A stretch of DNA of 46,827 nt, from assembly GCA_027728645.1 (NCBI GenBank), contig JAQCAA010000001.1, positions 1 to 46,827 on the forward strand. Direction: 5' to 3'. This stretch comes from Actinomycetota bacterium (GTDB lineage Bacteria > Actinomycetota > Acidimicrobiia > Spongiisociales > UBA5794). Below, piece after piece: positions 39,000 to 46,827 of the stretch. The position numbers and the translations under genes were made by a program. Position 1 is the first letter of the stretch. Every line of letters begins with the position of its first letter. Below the pieces are notes generated by a model. It searched no databases, was not told the DNA's origin, and saw nothing but the letters and a program-made list of their open reading frames with translations.

Positions 39000-40820
39000 A
39001 TGCCTCACCAATCTATTCGTAACGTCGCGCTCATCGCGCACGTAGACCACGGCAAGACGACTCTTGTCGATGGCATGCTTCGCGCCGCAGGCGTCTTCGC
39101 AGACCACGAGAAACTCGTGGACAGAGTCATGGATTCAGACGACCAGGAGAGGGAGCGAGGGATCACGATCCTCGCAAAAGCCGCATCGATCATGTGGAAC
39201 GGGACAAAAATCAATCTCGTGGACACCCCAGGGCATGCCGACTTTGGTGGTGAGGTCGAGCGTGCGCTAGCACTCGTCGACGGTGTGCTTCTCCTCGTGG
39301 ACGCGGCGGAGGGACCGATGCCCCAGACCCGTTTCGTCCTTTCGAAGGCTCTTGCCCTGTCGCTCCCTGTCGTCGTGGTGGTGAACAAGGTTGATCGACC
39401 AGACGCCAGAGCAGCAGCTGTTGTCGACGAGATCTACGAGCTCTTCTTCGATCTTGACGCCCACGACGGTCAGATCGAATTTCCGATCGTTTCAGCGATC
39501 GCCCGCGAGGGCATCGCTGTTGCAGGAATAGGCATTCCGTCCGAAGGCGACACCCTTGCACCGATTCTCGACGCAATCATCGAGTCAGTACCGGAGCCCA
39601 AGGGCGACTCTGCTGAGCCAGTGCAGGCAATCGTCACGAACCTGGACGCCAGTGACTACTTGGGCAGGCTTGCGATAGGCAGAGTGATCAGGGGAACGCT
39701 CAGGGCCGGAAGCCAGATTGCGCTTCTCCAAGGTGAGGGCTTGCCGGTTGTGAAACGCAAGCTCGGGCAGCTCATGGGATTCGCAGACCTTGGCCGCATC
39801 GAAGTCACAGAACGCTTCGCAGGGGACCTCTTTGTAGTGGCAGGGTTCCCTGAGGTTCAGATTGGAGACACCTTCTCCGATCCCGAAGTCACAGAGGCGT
39901 TGCCGAGACTCAAAGTAGACGAGCCTGTCCTCAAGATGACATTCGGTGTCAACACCTCCCCGCTCGCTGGGACGGAAGGCACCTTCGTTACGTCGAGACA
40001 GATCAAGGAGAGACTTGAGAAAGAGGTCCTCGGCAATGTCTCCATTCGTATCGGCGAAACAGCTTCCCCAGAGATCATCGAGGTCTCAGGCAGAGGCGAG
40101 CTCCAGCTTGCAGTCCTCATCGAGTCCATGCGACGGGAAGGCTACGAACTCCAAGTCTCTCGACCCGAGGTCATCATCAAGGTCATCGACGGAGTGGACC
40201 ACGAACCGATCGAAAAGGTCACTGTTGACGTGCCAGATCAATATGTGGGTGCCGTGACCCAGGCCATCGCTCCGCGAAAGGGAAGGGTGACCCAACTCCA
40301 GCCAGGAGACCACGGGCGCACCGTCATCACGTTCACCGCACCGTCTCGGGGACTGTTGGGTCTACGAACCAACCTCTTGACGATCACCCGAGGAACGGCC
40401 GTGGCCCATCAGCGCCACGACGGCTGGGTGCCATGGGTCGGGGACCTTCCGCACCGCAACGGTGGAGCAATGGTGTCGGACCGCCGTGGAACAGCAACTG
40501 GATTTGCACTCGATAATCTCCAGAAGCGTGGAGAGATGTTCGTCGAACCTACGACTGAGGTCTACGAGGGCATGGTGATCGGCGAGGCCGCACGTGCAGA
40601 GAACATGGTCGTCAACATCACCAAAGGCAAGCAACTCACGAACATACGCACACATTCAACGGACGAAGCCATCAAACTCACGCCGCCACGGGATATGAGC
40701 CTTGAGCCAGCAATCGAGTGGATCGCGGCAGACGAACTCGTGGAAGTGACCCCGAAGTCAATCCGTGTCCGCAAGAAGCTCTTGACGGAAGCAGCAAGAA
40801 AGCGGGAAAAGCAGAAGTAA
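39000..40820 (+). CDS. typA: Translational GTPase TypA/BipA
   Basis: G motifs AHVDHGKTT, DTPGHADFGGE and NKVDR. The start is taken at MPHQSIRNVALIAH (ATG 39000). Confidence 0.95.
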   Translation: MPHQSIRNVALIAHVDHGKTTLVDGMLRAAGVFADHEKLVDRVMDSDDQERERGITILAKAASIMWNGTKINLVDTPGHADFGGEVERALALVDGVLLLVDAAEGPMPQTRFVLSKALALSLPVVVVVNKVDRPDARAAAVVDEIYELFFDLDAHDGQIEFPIVSAIAREGIAVAGIGIPSEGDTLAPILDAIIESVPEPKGDSAEPVQAIVTNLDASDYLGRLAIGRVIRGTLRAGSQIALLQGEGLPVVKRKLGQLMGFADLGRIEVTERFAGDLFVVAGFPEVQIGDTFSDPEVTEALPRLKVDEPVLKMTFGVNTSPLAGTEGTFVTSRQIKERLEKEVLGNVSIRIGETASPEIIEVSGRGELQLAVLIESMRREGYELQVSRPEVIIKVIDGVDHEPIEKVTVDVPDQYVGAVTQAIAPRKGRVTQLQPGDHGRTVITFTAPSRGLLGLRTNLLTITRGTAVAHQRHDGWVPWVGDLPHRNGGAMVSDRRGTATGFALDNLQKRGEMFVEPTTEVYEGMVIGEAARAENMVVNITKGKQLTNIRTHSTDEAIKLTPPRDMSLEPAIEWIAADELVEVTPKSIRVRKKLLTEAARKREKQK

Positions 40821-40822
40821 AT

Positions 40823-40842
40823 CGGAAGCTGTGCAGCTTCCG
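40823..40842 (+). terminator. Hairpin CGGAAGCT-GTGC-AGCTTCCG immediately after the typA stop
   Basis: Perfect 8-bp stem 2 nt after the TAA. It is followed by the T-rich heptamer array rather than a clean U-run. Confidence 0.45.
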
Positions 40843-40843
40843 G

Positions 40844-40899
40844 TTCACCGTTTACCGTTCACCGTCTACCGTTTACAGTTCACCGTCTACCGTTTTCCG
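40844..40899. repeat. Tandem heptanucleotide array, (TYYACCG)x8
   Basis: TTCACCG TTTACCG TTCACCG TCTACCG TTTACAG TTCACCG TCTACCG TTTTCCG. Confidence 0.9.
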
Positions 40900-40963
40900 T
40901 TTTGGGAGTTCCGGCTTGGCTGCCGCCTTTTCGGATTCGGCGTGCGTTCCGCCAGGTTCCGGG

Positions 40964-41008
40964 ACGGTAGACGGTAGACGGTAGACGGTAGGCGGTAGGC
41001 GGTAGACG
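40964..41008. repeat. Tandem heptanucleotide array, (ACGGTAG)x6, the reverse complement of the 40844..40899 array
   Basis: ACGGTAG x4, GCGGTAG x2, then ACG. It ends 3 nt before the stop codon of the convergent M23 gene. Confidence 0.9.
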
Positions 41009-41011
41009 CCG

Positions 41012-42049
41012 TCACTTCACCAGCAGGGCAGCTCTGGTTCTGGGACCCACCAGCCCATCAACCCACAGGCTATTTGCTCGCTGGAACTCCAATACGGCGC
41101 GTAGCGTGATCGGGCCAAAGACTCCGTCTGCCCTGCCAGCATCGAATCCGAGGTCGTTGAGCCCTCGTTGCAGTTCTCTGACAGGGTCGCCGCGCGATCC
41201 GATGAGGAGGACCTCAGAATCCGCGCTGCCCCTGCTGAGACCGGAGAGTGCAGTCTTGGTTTCTCTTCCGACCAGACCGTCGACGGTCATCCCAACCGAC
41301 GACTGGAACCTTCGAACTGCCGCGTCGGTCTTGGAACCGAAGAATCCGTCAATACGACCGAGGTCGTAACCCAGGCCGTCGAGAAGGTTCTGAAGCACTC
41401 TGACATCGGCACCGTCCACACCGGACTTCAGCACCCTGGACCCGCCGACCAGTGGGTCTCTCGGTCCAGACCCAACGTCGTTCCCGCCTGCAACGACGAG
41501 TGAGCTGTATGCGTTCACCACGACTCCGTCTGGGTTTCGTAGTTCATAGTGAAGGTGTGGGGCCGTTCCCTCAGCGTTCCCGCTATCACCGACCCAAGCA
41601 ATGTGCTGCCCTGCAACGACGCGAACACCAGGGGTAATCGCTCGCTTGATTCCCCATCCTTTGCCGTCATCAGTTCCCGTGGTGTCGTTGTCGAGGTGGA
41701 TATACCACGACTCCCATCCATCGTCGTGCCGAATAACAAGTGTGCAACAGCGGCTCGGGTTCATGTGGGGTTCTGCAGTCCAATTCACGAGACGGACGAC
41801 ACCGTCAGCTGCCGCAACGACGGGAGTCATCTTGTCGGCCATGATGTCTTGGCCAACATGGAACCCATGGGATCGACCGGCCCAGAAGGTGTCAGAGAAG
41901 TGGTGCTCCCCATCCACAGGGAAGACGAGGTCATAGTCGACGTCTGCTCCCATGTCAGTTGCAAAAGCTACAGGTGCCACGAGCAACGAGCCCGCGACTG
42001 CCAACGAAACGAGGGTCGCCGCTAGGCGCGGATGCATGATGGTGGTCAT
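41012..42049 (-). CDS. Secreted M23 metallopeptidase with two C-terminal peptidoglycan-binding (PG_binding_1) repeats
   Basis: 345 aa. Signal peptide, HVGQDI (HxxxD), HLHYEL (HxH), and two copies of the ...DG.FG..T..AV..FQ... repeat. Confidence 0.9.
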   Translation of the reverse strand: MTTIMHPRLAATLVSLAVAGSLLVAPVAFATDMGADVDYDLVFPVDGEHHFSDTFWAGRSHGFHVGQDIMADKMTPVVAAADGVVRLVNWTAEPHMNPSRCCTLVIRHDDGWESWYIHLDNDTTGTDDGKGWGIKRAITPGVRVVAGQHIAWVGDSGNAEGTAPHLHYELRNPDGVVVNAYSSLVVAGGNDVGSGPRDPLVGGSRVLKSGVDGADVRVLQNLLDGLGYDLGRIDGFFGSKTDAAVRRFQSSVGMTVDGLVGRETKTALSGLSRGSADSEVLLIGSRGDPVRELQRGLNDLGFDAGRADGVFGPITLRAVLEFQRANSLWVDGLVGPRTRAALLVK

Positions 42050-42153
42050 GCGTGATACATCGGGCGGATCGGACGCAACCCTTAGCTGTCAACCGACAGA
42101 AACACCTGATCCTTGTACCGACTTTTAGGCGTTGACCGGTGCAACGCCGCTCG

Positions 42154-43083
42154 CTAGATGGCGGCGATTACCTGCGGAGTTGGGTCGGTAACCCAAACAC
42201 CCACCGACTCGTCGACGGTCACAGTTGCGGAATCGATCGCCTCAAGGAACCAAGCGTCGACAGCTCTCGCTCGAGCATCAGAGTCAAGAAACTCCGAGAT
42301 GGTCTGGGCATCGGCGACCGACCGCTCGCTGACCACGATGATGTGAAATCCAAATTCGGTTTCAATGGGCTCGGTCGGGACTCCGATCACAGCGGCCATA
42401 GCCCCCTGTGCAAAGGGATCGACAAACTGTGATGCTGGCGCACATCCCAGATCGCCTCCGGTTGGGCCAGAACCAGGATCAATCGAAATATCGACAGCTA
42501 TTTCGGCAAAATCCTCACCGTCTTCGAGGCGGGCGCCTGCTACCTCAGCTTCCTCCGCAGTCGCAACCAGGATGTGCGATGAGCACACCTCGGTCCAATC
42601 AGCAGGAAAGGCTGCAAGCTCGGCTGCCACCTCTTTGTCCGTCGGTGGCTGGTGTTTATCTGCAAGAGCCGATTCGACGTCACGTTGGATGATCAGCTGC
42701 CGTGCATACTTTCTGATCCCTGTCTCAGACGCGTTCGCTGCCTCGAGGTACTCATCAAGCGTTGCAGCAGCGTTGTAGCCGAGAACCAGCGCGTCGATTG
42801 TTTCCTGTACTTCTTCGTCAGAAGGGTTGGTCCCGAAATCCGCAAACGCCTTCTACTCAACGGCTTCCCACTGAATCGCAACACTGAGATAGCGGAGGAA
42901 CTCGACGTCCAGGATTTCGCCCGAATCGGTGCGAACGAGACCGCGTACGTCGGCCTCAGAGATATCGGTGCCACCGACATTGGCAATGACGCCTGACGAT
43001 CCTGAGCAGGCAGCCAGAACGACCGAAACCGTGACGAGTAGGAGAGCCAACCGTTTCAGCGATGATCGAGGTTCAAAGTTCAT
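42154..43083 (-). pseudogene. PrsA/SurA-like parvulin PPIase lipoprotein interrupted by one in-frame TAG (42853..42855)
   Basis: ORFs 42853..43083 and 42154..42630 are in one frame. My translation across the gap is open except for a single TAG (WEAVE-stop-KAFADFGTNPSDEEV...). Lipobox VVLAAC. Parvulin core SHILVAT...FGFHIIVV. Confidence 0.7.
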
Positions 43084-43199
43084 GGATGCAAGGCTATGGA
43101 GTTCAAACTCTTACGATAGAAATGCAACGTGAGAATCAGATGAGGGCGCCGGATCGAGTTGATCGGCTTGCCGAGGAAGATGGCCAATGACGGACGTGA

Positions 43200-44573
43200 G
43201 TGCTCGTGAATAGTGACACACCGCAATCGGCGAGAGTCGTCATATGCGGCGCGGGAATCGCAGGGGTTTCGACCGCGTTCCACCTGACACGTCTTGGGGT
43301 CTCAGACATCGTTGTCGTCGACGCCCGTCCACCCCTCACACTCACCTCAGACAAGTCGACGGAGTGCTACCGCAACTGGTGGCCTTCAAACCCCATGGTG
43401 TCATTTATGTCACGCTCAATCGATCTGCTTGAGGCGTACGCACTCGAGTCAGGCAACCGATTCTCGTTGTCGAGACGTGGCTATCTCTACGTGACGGCGA
43501 GCATTCCACAGCTCGACTCGATGACTCACCAAGCGGCCGCGATATCTCAACTCGGAGCAGGCGATATCCGGAACTTCCGCAACAGTTCTGCGGGCTACGA
43601 ACCCGCTGCGCTCGACGGATACGAGGCGCCTGTCGATGGCGCGGACATCTTCAGGACCGGAGAGGCACTCAGGGAAGCATTTGACTTCGTCAGCGGTGAC
43701 GCCGTCGGTGGAATTCACGTTCGTCGCGCAGGCTGGCTCTCGGCGCAGCAACTCGGAGCATGGATGATCGAGGAAACAATCGAAGCTGGTGTGACCTATG
43801 TTCAGGGCGCGGTCACCAACGTCAGCACAGACGAGGTCGGTGTACGGAGCATCACGATCGATGGCGTGACGAGCGTTACATGCAAGAACTTCGTGAACGC
43901 GGCCGGCCCACTCGCAAGAGACGTTGGGTCCCTGCTTGGAACCGCAGTTCCTATCACCTCGGAGATCCATCAGAAGGTGTCGTTCAAGGATCACAAGGGA
44001 GCTTTCCCGAGGCACGCACCGATGGTCATATGGAACGATCCGCAGCGGATTGACTGGGAGGCCGAAACCCGAAAATTCTTGGTCGAGGAGGCGAGATACG
44101 AAGTCATGGACGAACTGCCTGCTTTTGTTCATGGAAGGCCGGAAGGCGGTAGGGACTCTGAATGGGCGCTTGGCCTTTGGGAGTGGAATACAAAGTCAAC
44201 TCACAGCCCGACCTGGCCCCTAGAGGACGACCCGTTGTACCCCGAGCTCGTTGTACGAGGCCTATCGACGATGATTCCCCAGATGGCCACCTACCAAGAA
44301 GCGCTCCCTGAACACACCGTCGATGGCGGCTACTACACCAAGACAATCGAAAACCTCCCACTAGTCGGTCCGATCGGACCCAAGGGCTCGTTCATCTGCG
44401 CCGCCCTCTCTGGCTACGGGATCATGGCGGCGTGTGCAGCGGGCGAGCTCGCCGCAGCACACATCTCTGGGGCACCCCTCCCCCCGTACGCACAAGCGTT
44501 CTCCGTCGATCGGTATGACGACCCACAGTATGTGAGATCTATCCGGTCCATCAACACGACGGGCCAAATCTGA
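43200..44573 (+). CDS. FAD-dependent oxidoreductase (DAO/glycine-oxidase-like family)
   Basis: 457 aa. N-terminal dinucleotide fold VVICGAGIAGVSTAFHL. Confidence 0.85.
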   Translation: MLVNSDTPQSARVVICGAGIAGVSTAFHLTRLGVSDIVVVDARPPLTLTSDKSTECYRNWWPSNPMVSFMSRSIDLLEAYALESGNRFSLSRRGYLYVTASIPQLDSMTHQAAAISQLGAGDIRNFRNSSAGYEPAALDGYEAPVDGADIFRTGEALREAFDFVSGDAVGGIHVRRAGWLSAQQLGAWMIEETIEAGVTYVQGAVTNVSTDEVGVRSITIDGVTSVTCKNFVNAAGPLARDVGSLLGTAVPITSEIHQKVSFKDHKGAFPRHAPMVIWNDPQRIDWEAETRKFLVEEARYEVMDELPAFVHGRPEGGRDSEWALGLWEWNTKSTHSPTWPLEDDPLYPELVVRGLSTMIPQMATYQEALPEHTVDGGYYTKTIENLPLVGPIGPKGSFICAALSGYGIMAACAAGELAAAHISGAPLPPYAQAFSVDRYDDPQYVRSIRSINTTGQI

Positions 44574-44677
44574 GGACGGGCCCTCAGTTGGAACCCCGCC
44601 GCCAAAGCGCAGCCACGAAGACATGGGAACCTCCGACAGATACCAGAACGTCACACCTACAACACAAGGAGCCACCC

Positions 44678-45418
44678 ATGAAAAGAACCCAAATAGTCAT
44701 CGCAATCGCAGCTGTTGCGGTCTTCGTCTCGGCGTGTACGCCTTCGGTCACCGTGGAGTCACCTACTGCAGCGAACGGCTTGCCAGAAGGCATTTCTGTA
44801 AGTGGAACCGGCGAAGTCACCGGAACACCCGACACCCTAACGATCACCTTCGGAGTGACAGTGCGAAGGGATTCAGTCTCTGAGGCTGTGGCTGTGGCCG
44901 CGGAGAAAGCCGAGCTTGTCATCGCCTCACTTACAAGCAACGGCGTAGAAGAGAAGGACATCCAAACGGCGAACTACTCCGTCTACCCGGAATACGACTG
45001 GACAGAGAACATACAAAAACTGATCGGATATCAGGTCAACAATTCTGTTATCGCCAAAATCCGGAACATTGAAAATGCCGGAACGGTCATTGATGGGGCA
45101 ACCGCCGCCGGAGGCGACGAAACAACGGTCGGAGGGGTTTCATTCTCGATCGAGGACAACGATGAGCTCATCGAGGCGGCCCGCGCCGCTGCATGGGCTG
45201 ATGCAAGGTCCAAGGCGGAGCAGCTTGCGTCACTGTCTGGCGTCACGCTCGGTGCTCCGACCATGATTACCGAGACCTTCGCTCCTCGATCCCAGCCGGT
45301 CTACTTCGGTGAGGAACGGTTTGCAGGGTCGGATAGCGCCGACTTTGACACGCCAATCAACCCAGGAGAGCAGCTCGTGGCTGTATCAGTCTCAGTCCAG
45401 TTCTCAATCGACAGCTAA
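44678..45418 (+). CDS. SIMPL/DUF541-family lipoprotein
   Basis: AAGGAG ribosome-binding site before ATG 44678. Lipobox VFVSAC. Pattern GISVSGTGEVTGTPD...NYSVYPEY...GYQVNNSV is typical of SIMPL proteins. Confidence 0.85.
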   Translation: MKRTQIVIAIAAVAVFVSACTPSVTVESPTAANGLPEGISVSGTGEVTGTPDTLTITFGVTVRRDSVSEAVAVAAEKAELVIASLTSNGVEEKDIQTANYSVYPEYDWTENIQKLIGYQVNNSVIAKIRNIENAGTVIDGATAAGGDETTVGGVSFSIEDNDELIEAARAAAWADARSKAEQLASLSGVTLGAPTMITETFAPRSQPVYFGEERFAGSDSADFDTPINPGEQLVAVSVSVQFSIDS

Positions 45419-45435
45419 CCAAGACGGGACCACCT

Positions 45436-46797
45436 TCCGCGTACCCAGGGTTGGCGGACCATGTTTGTAGGGGGTGTGTTGTCGCGGGACATCCCGTACA
45501 CATGTCGCGGGTCATCCCTGACAGTCTTGGGGTATGCGAAAAGAGATACCTATGAGCCTGAGGCTTGCTATTGCCCAGATGGATGTGACCAAGGTCAACG
45601 TGGCAGAGTTCTGTCGTGACCATTCGATTAGCCGTGACCGGTTCTACACGATCCGGCGCCGATTCGAGGCGGGTGGGGAGGCAGGTCTTGTCCCGTTTTC
45701 TCGGGCCCCCAACACGGTGGCGAACAGGACGTCGCTTGTGGTGGAGGATCTGATTGTCTTATTGCGTAAGCAGCTCGACGATGACGGGTTAGATGCTGGT
45801 GCTGAGACGGTCAAGTGGCATCTTGACGAGGCTGGTGTTGGTGCGCCAACGGCTTCGACGATTTGGCGCGTGTTGGTGAGGAGGGGGTTTGTTGTCCCTG
45901 AGCCCAAGAAGGCACCAAACAAGTCGTGGCACAGGTTTGTTGCTGACTATGTCAACGAGATGTGGCAGACCGATGCAACCAAGGTTGAGCTTGGTGACGG
46001 TACCGAAGTCGAGATCGTCAACATTGTCGATGACCACTCGCGGGTTTGTGTCAGATCACATGCTGTTGATGGGTCAACCACAGGTCCTGATGTGTGGGAC
46101 GCATTCGTCAAAGCCGTTGAAACATTTGGGATCCCGGCGTTGCTGTTGTCAGACAACGGTGCACCGTTCACCTCAAAGCTGTTCACGGAGAACCTCAAGG
46201 CTGTTGGAGTCAACACAACGAACTCTCGACCGTACCACCCCCAAACCTGCGGCAAGGTAGAACGGTTCCACCAAACACTCAAGAGATGGCTTGGAGCCAG
46301 AGACAAACCAGACACCGTTCAAGAACTCCAACAGCTCCTTGACGTGTTCACCAACATCTACAACACCAAACGGCCTCACCGCGGGATCGGGCGGCGGACC
46401 CCCATTGACGTGTTCACCACGGCACCAAAAACCGGGCCAGACGCATTCTCGATCCTCGATGACACCACCGTGCATCACAACACAGTCGACCGTGCTGGCA
46501 GAGTTGAGATCCCTGGCCCAGCAGCGATCACTGTCGGCGCTAAATACACACACAAGACAGCGACCACAATCCGTACCGGGAACAACGCTCACGTCTATAT
46601 CAACAATGAGCTCGTACGGAAACTAGTCATCGACCCAACGAGAAGATCACAGCCCCTCTACAACAAACCAGGAAGACCCACATGACAACCCCAACCACAC
46701 CCACCAACCTGTACGGGATGTCCCGCGACACCTGTACGGGATGTCCCGCGACACTACACACACTGTTTTGATGGTCCGCCAACCCTGGGTACGCGGA
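45436..46797 (+). mobile_element. IS481-family insertion sequence (about 1.36 kb)
   Basis: Perfect 27-bp terminal inverted repeats TCCGCGTACCCAGGGTTGGCGGACCAT (45436..45462 and 46771..46797). Subterminal 20-bp motif GTCGCGGGACATCCCGTACA at 45481..45500, with two inverted copies at 46710..46729 and 46733..46752. Single DDE transposase ORF. Confidence 0.85.
45534..46685 (+). CDS. IS481-family DDE (rve/integrase-core) transposase
   Basis: 383 aa. N-terminal HTH. Catalytic-core landmarks WQTDAT, LLSDNGAPF and PQTCGKVERFHQTLK. An alternative start is M7 at 45552. Confidence 0.9.
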   Translation: MRKEIPMSLRLAIAQMDVTKVNVAEFCRDHSISRDRFYTIRRRFEAGGEAGLVPFSRAPNTVANRTSLVVEDLIVLLRKQLDDDGLDAGAETVKWHLDEAGVGAPTASTIWRVLVRRGFVVPEPKKAPNKSWHRFVADYVNEMWQTDATKVELGDGTEVEIVNIVDDHSRVCVRSHAVDGSTTGPDVWDAFVKAVETFGIPALLLSDNGAPFTSKLFTENLKAVGVNTTNSRPYHPQTCGKVERFHQTLKRWLGARDKPDTVQELQQLLDVFTNIYNTKRPHRGIGRRTPIDVFTTAPKTGPDAFSILDDTTVHHNTVDRAGRVEIPGPAAITVGAKYTHKTATTIRTGNNAHVYINNELVRKLVIDPTRRSQPLYNKPGRPT

Positions 46798-46827
46798 TTC
46801 GACCATGTGGGGTGTGTCACGATGCCA

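Noticed and set aside
42050-42153. ACAGCUAA string (UUGACAGCUAAGGG) in the leader of the intact M23 peptidase as a ydaO riboswitch
   Set aside because: The leader is only about 100 nt and lacks the paired GGGG/ACGGGG and CCCGAA segments. A single short match is not enough.
42853-42855. In-frame TAG in the PrsA-like gene as a possible pyrrolysine codon
   Set aside because: There is no methylamine methyltransferase context and no pyl genes in the window. The position is not a catalytic site, and a neighbouring envelope gene carries a plain TAA. A nonsense mutation or base-call error is far more likely.

Overview
GC-rich chromosomal window, almost certainly from an actinobacterium. Support: a WhiB-family gene, DUF3107, an LCP protein, a Rho with an Arg/Asn-rich insertion, and the argS-lysA-hom-thrC...rho gene order. 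Most of the window is ordinary housekeeping. It includes rho, rmuC, thrC, hom, lysA, argS, tRNA-Arg(CCG), whiB, mrp, acnA, azlCD, rlmN, bcp, galU, tal-pgi-zwf and typA. It also carries cell-envelope genes (two M23 peptidases, an SLT transglycosylase, an LCP protein, a PrsA-like PPIase, a TlpA-like redoxin) and a small signalling cluster (DUF5317, two membrane HD/HD-GYP proteins, an orphan PAS/GAF histidine kinase). I found no recognisable defence island or CRISPR array, and I cannot support a multi-gene novel system. Five things stand out. (1) An AhpD/CMD-family gene has an in-frame TGA exactly at the second Cys of its CxxC motif, followed 12 nt later by an fdhF-like SECIS hairpin. It is a strong selenoprotein (CxxU) candidate, translationally coupled to a wHTH regulator. 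(2) Tandem heptanucleotide arrays occur at four intergenic loci, six arrays in all; one pair forms a long inverted structure. (3) An IS481-family element is present with a 250-bp MITE and a solo MITE end that share its 27-bp terminal repeat. (4) Four decayed genes: an M23 peptidase with an in-frame TAA, a PrsA-like PPIase with an in-frame TAG, an LCP gene fused out of frame to a crcB C-terminal fragment, and a frameshifted, truncated sigma-70 remnant. (5) Minor regulatory candidates: a CRP-like site upstream of whiB and a long leader upstream of the SLT gene. All coordinates and translations were worked out by hand from the sequence. No database search was run.
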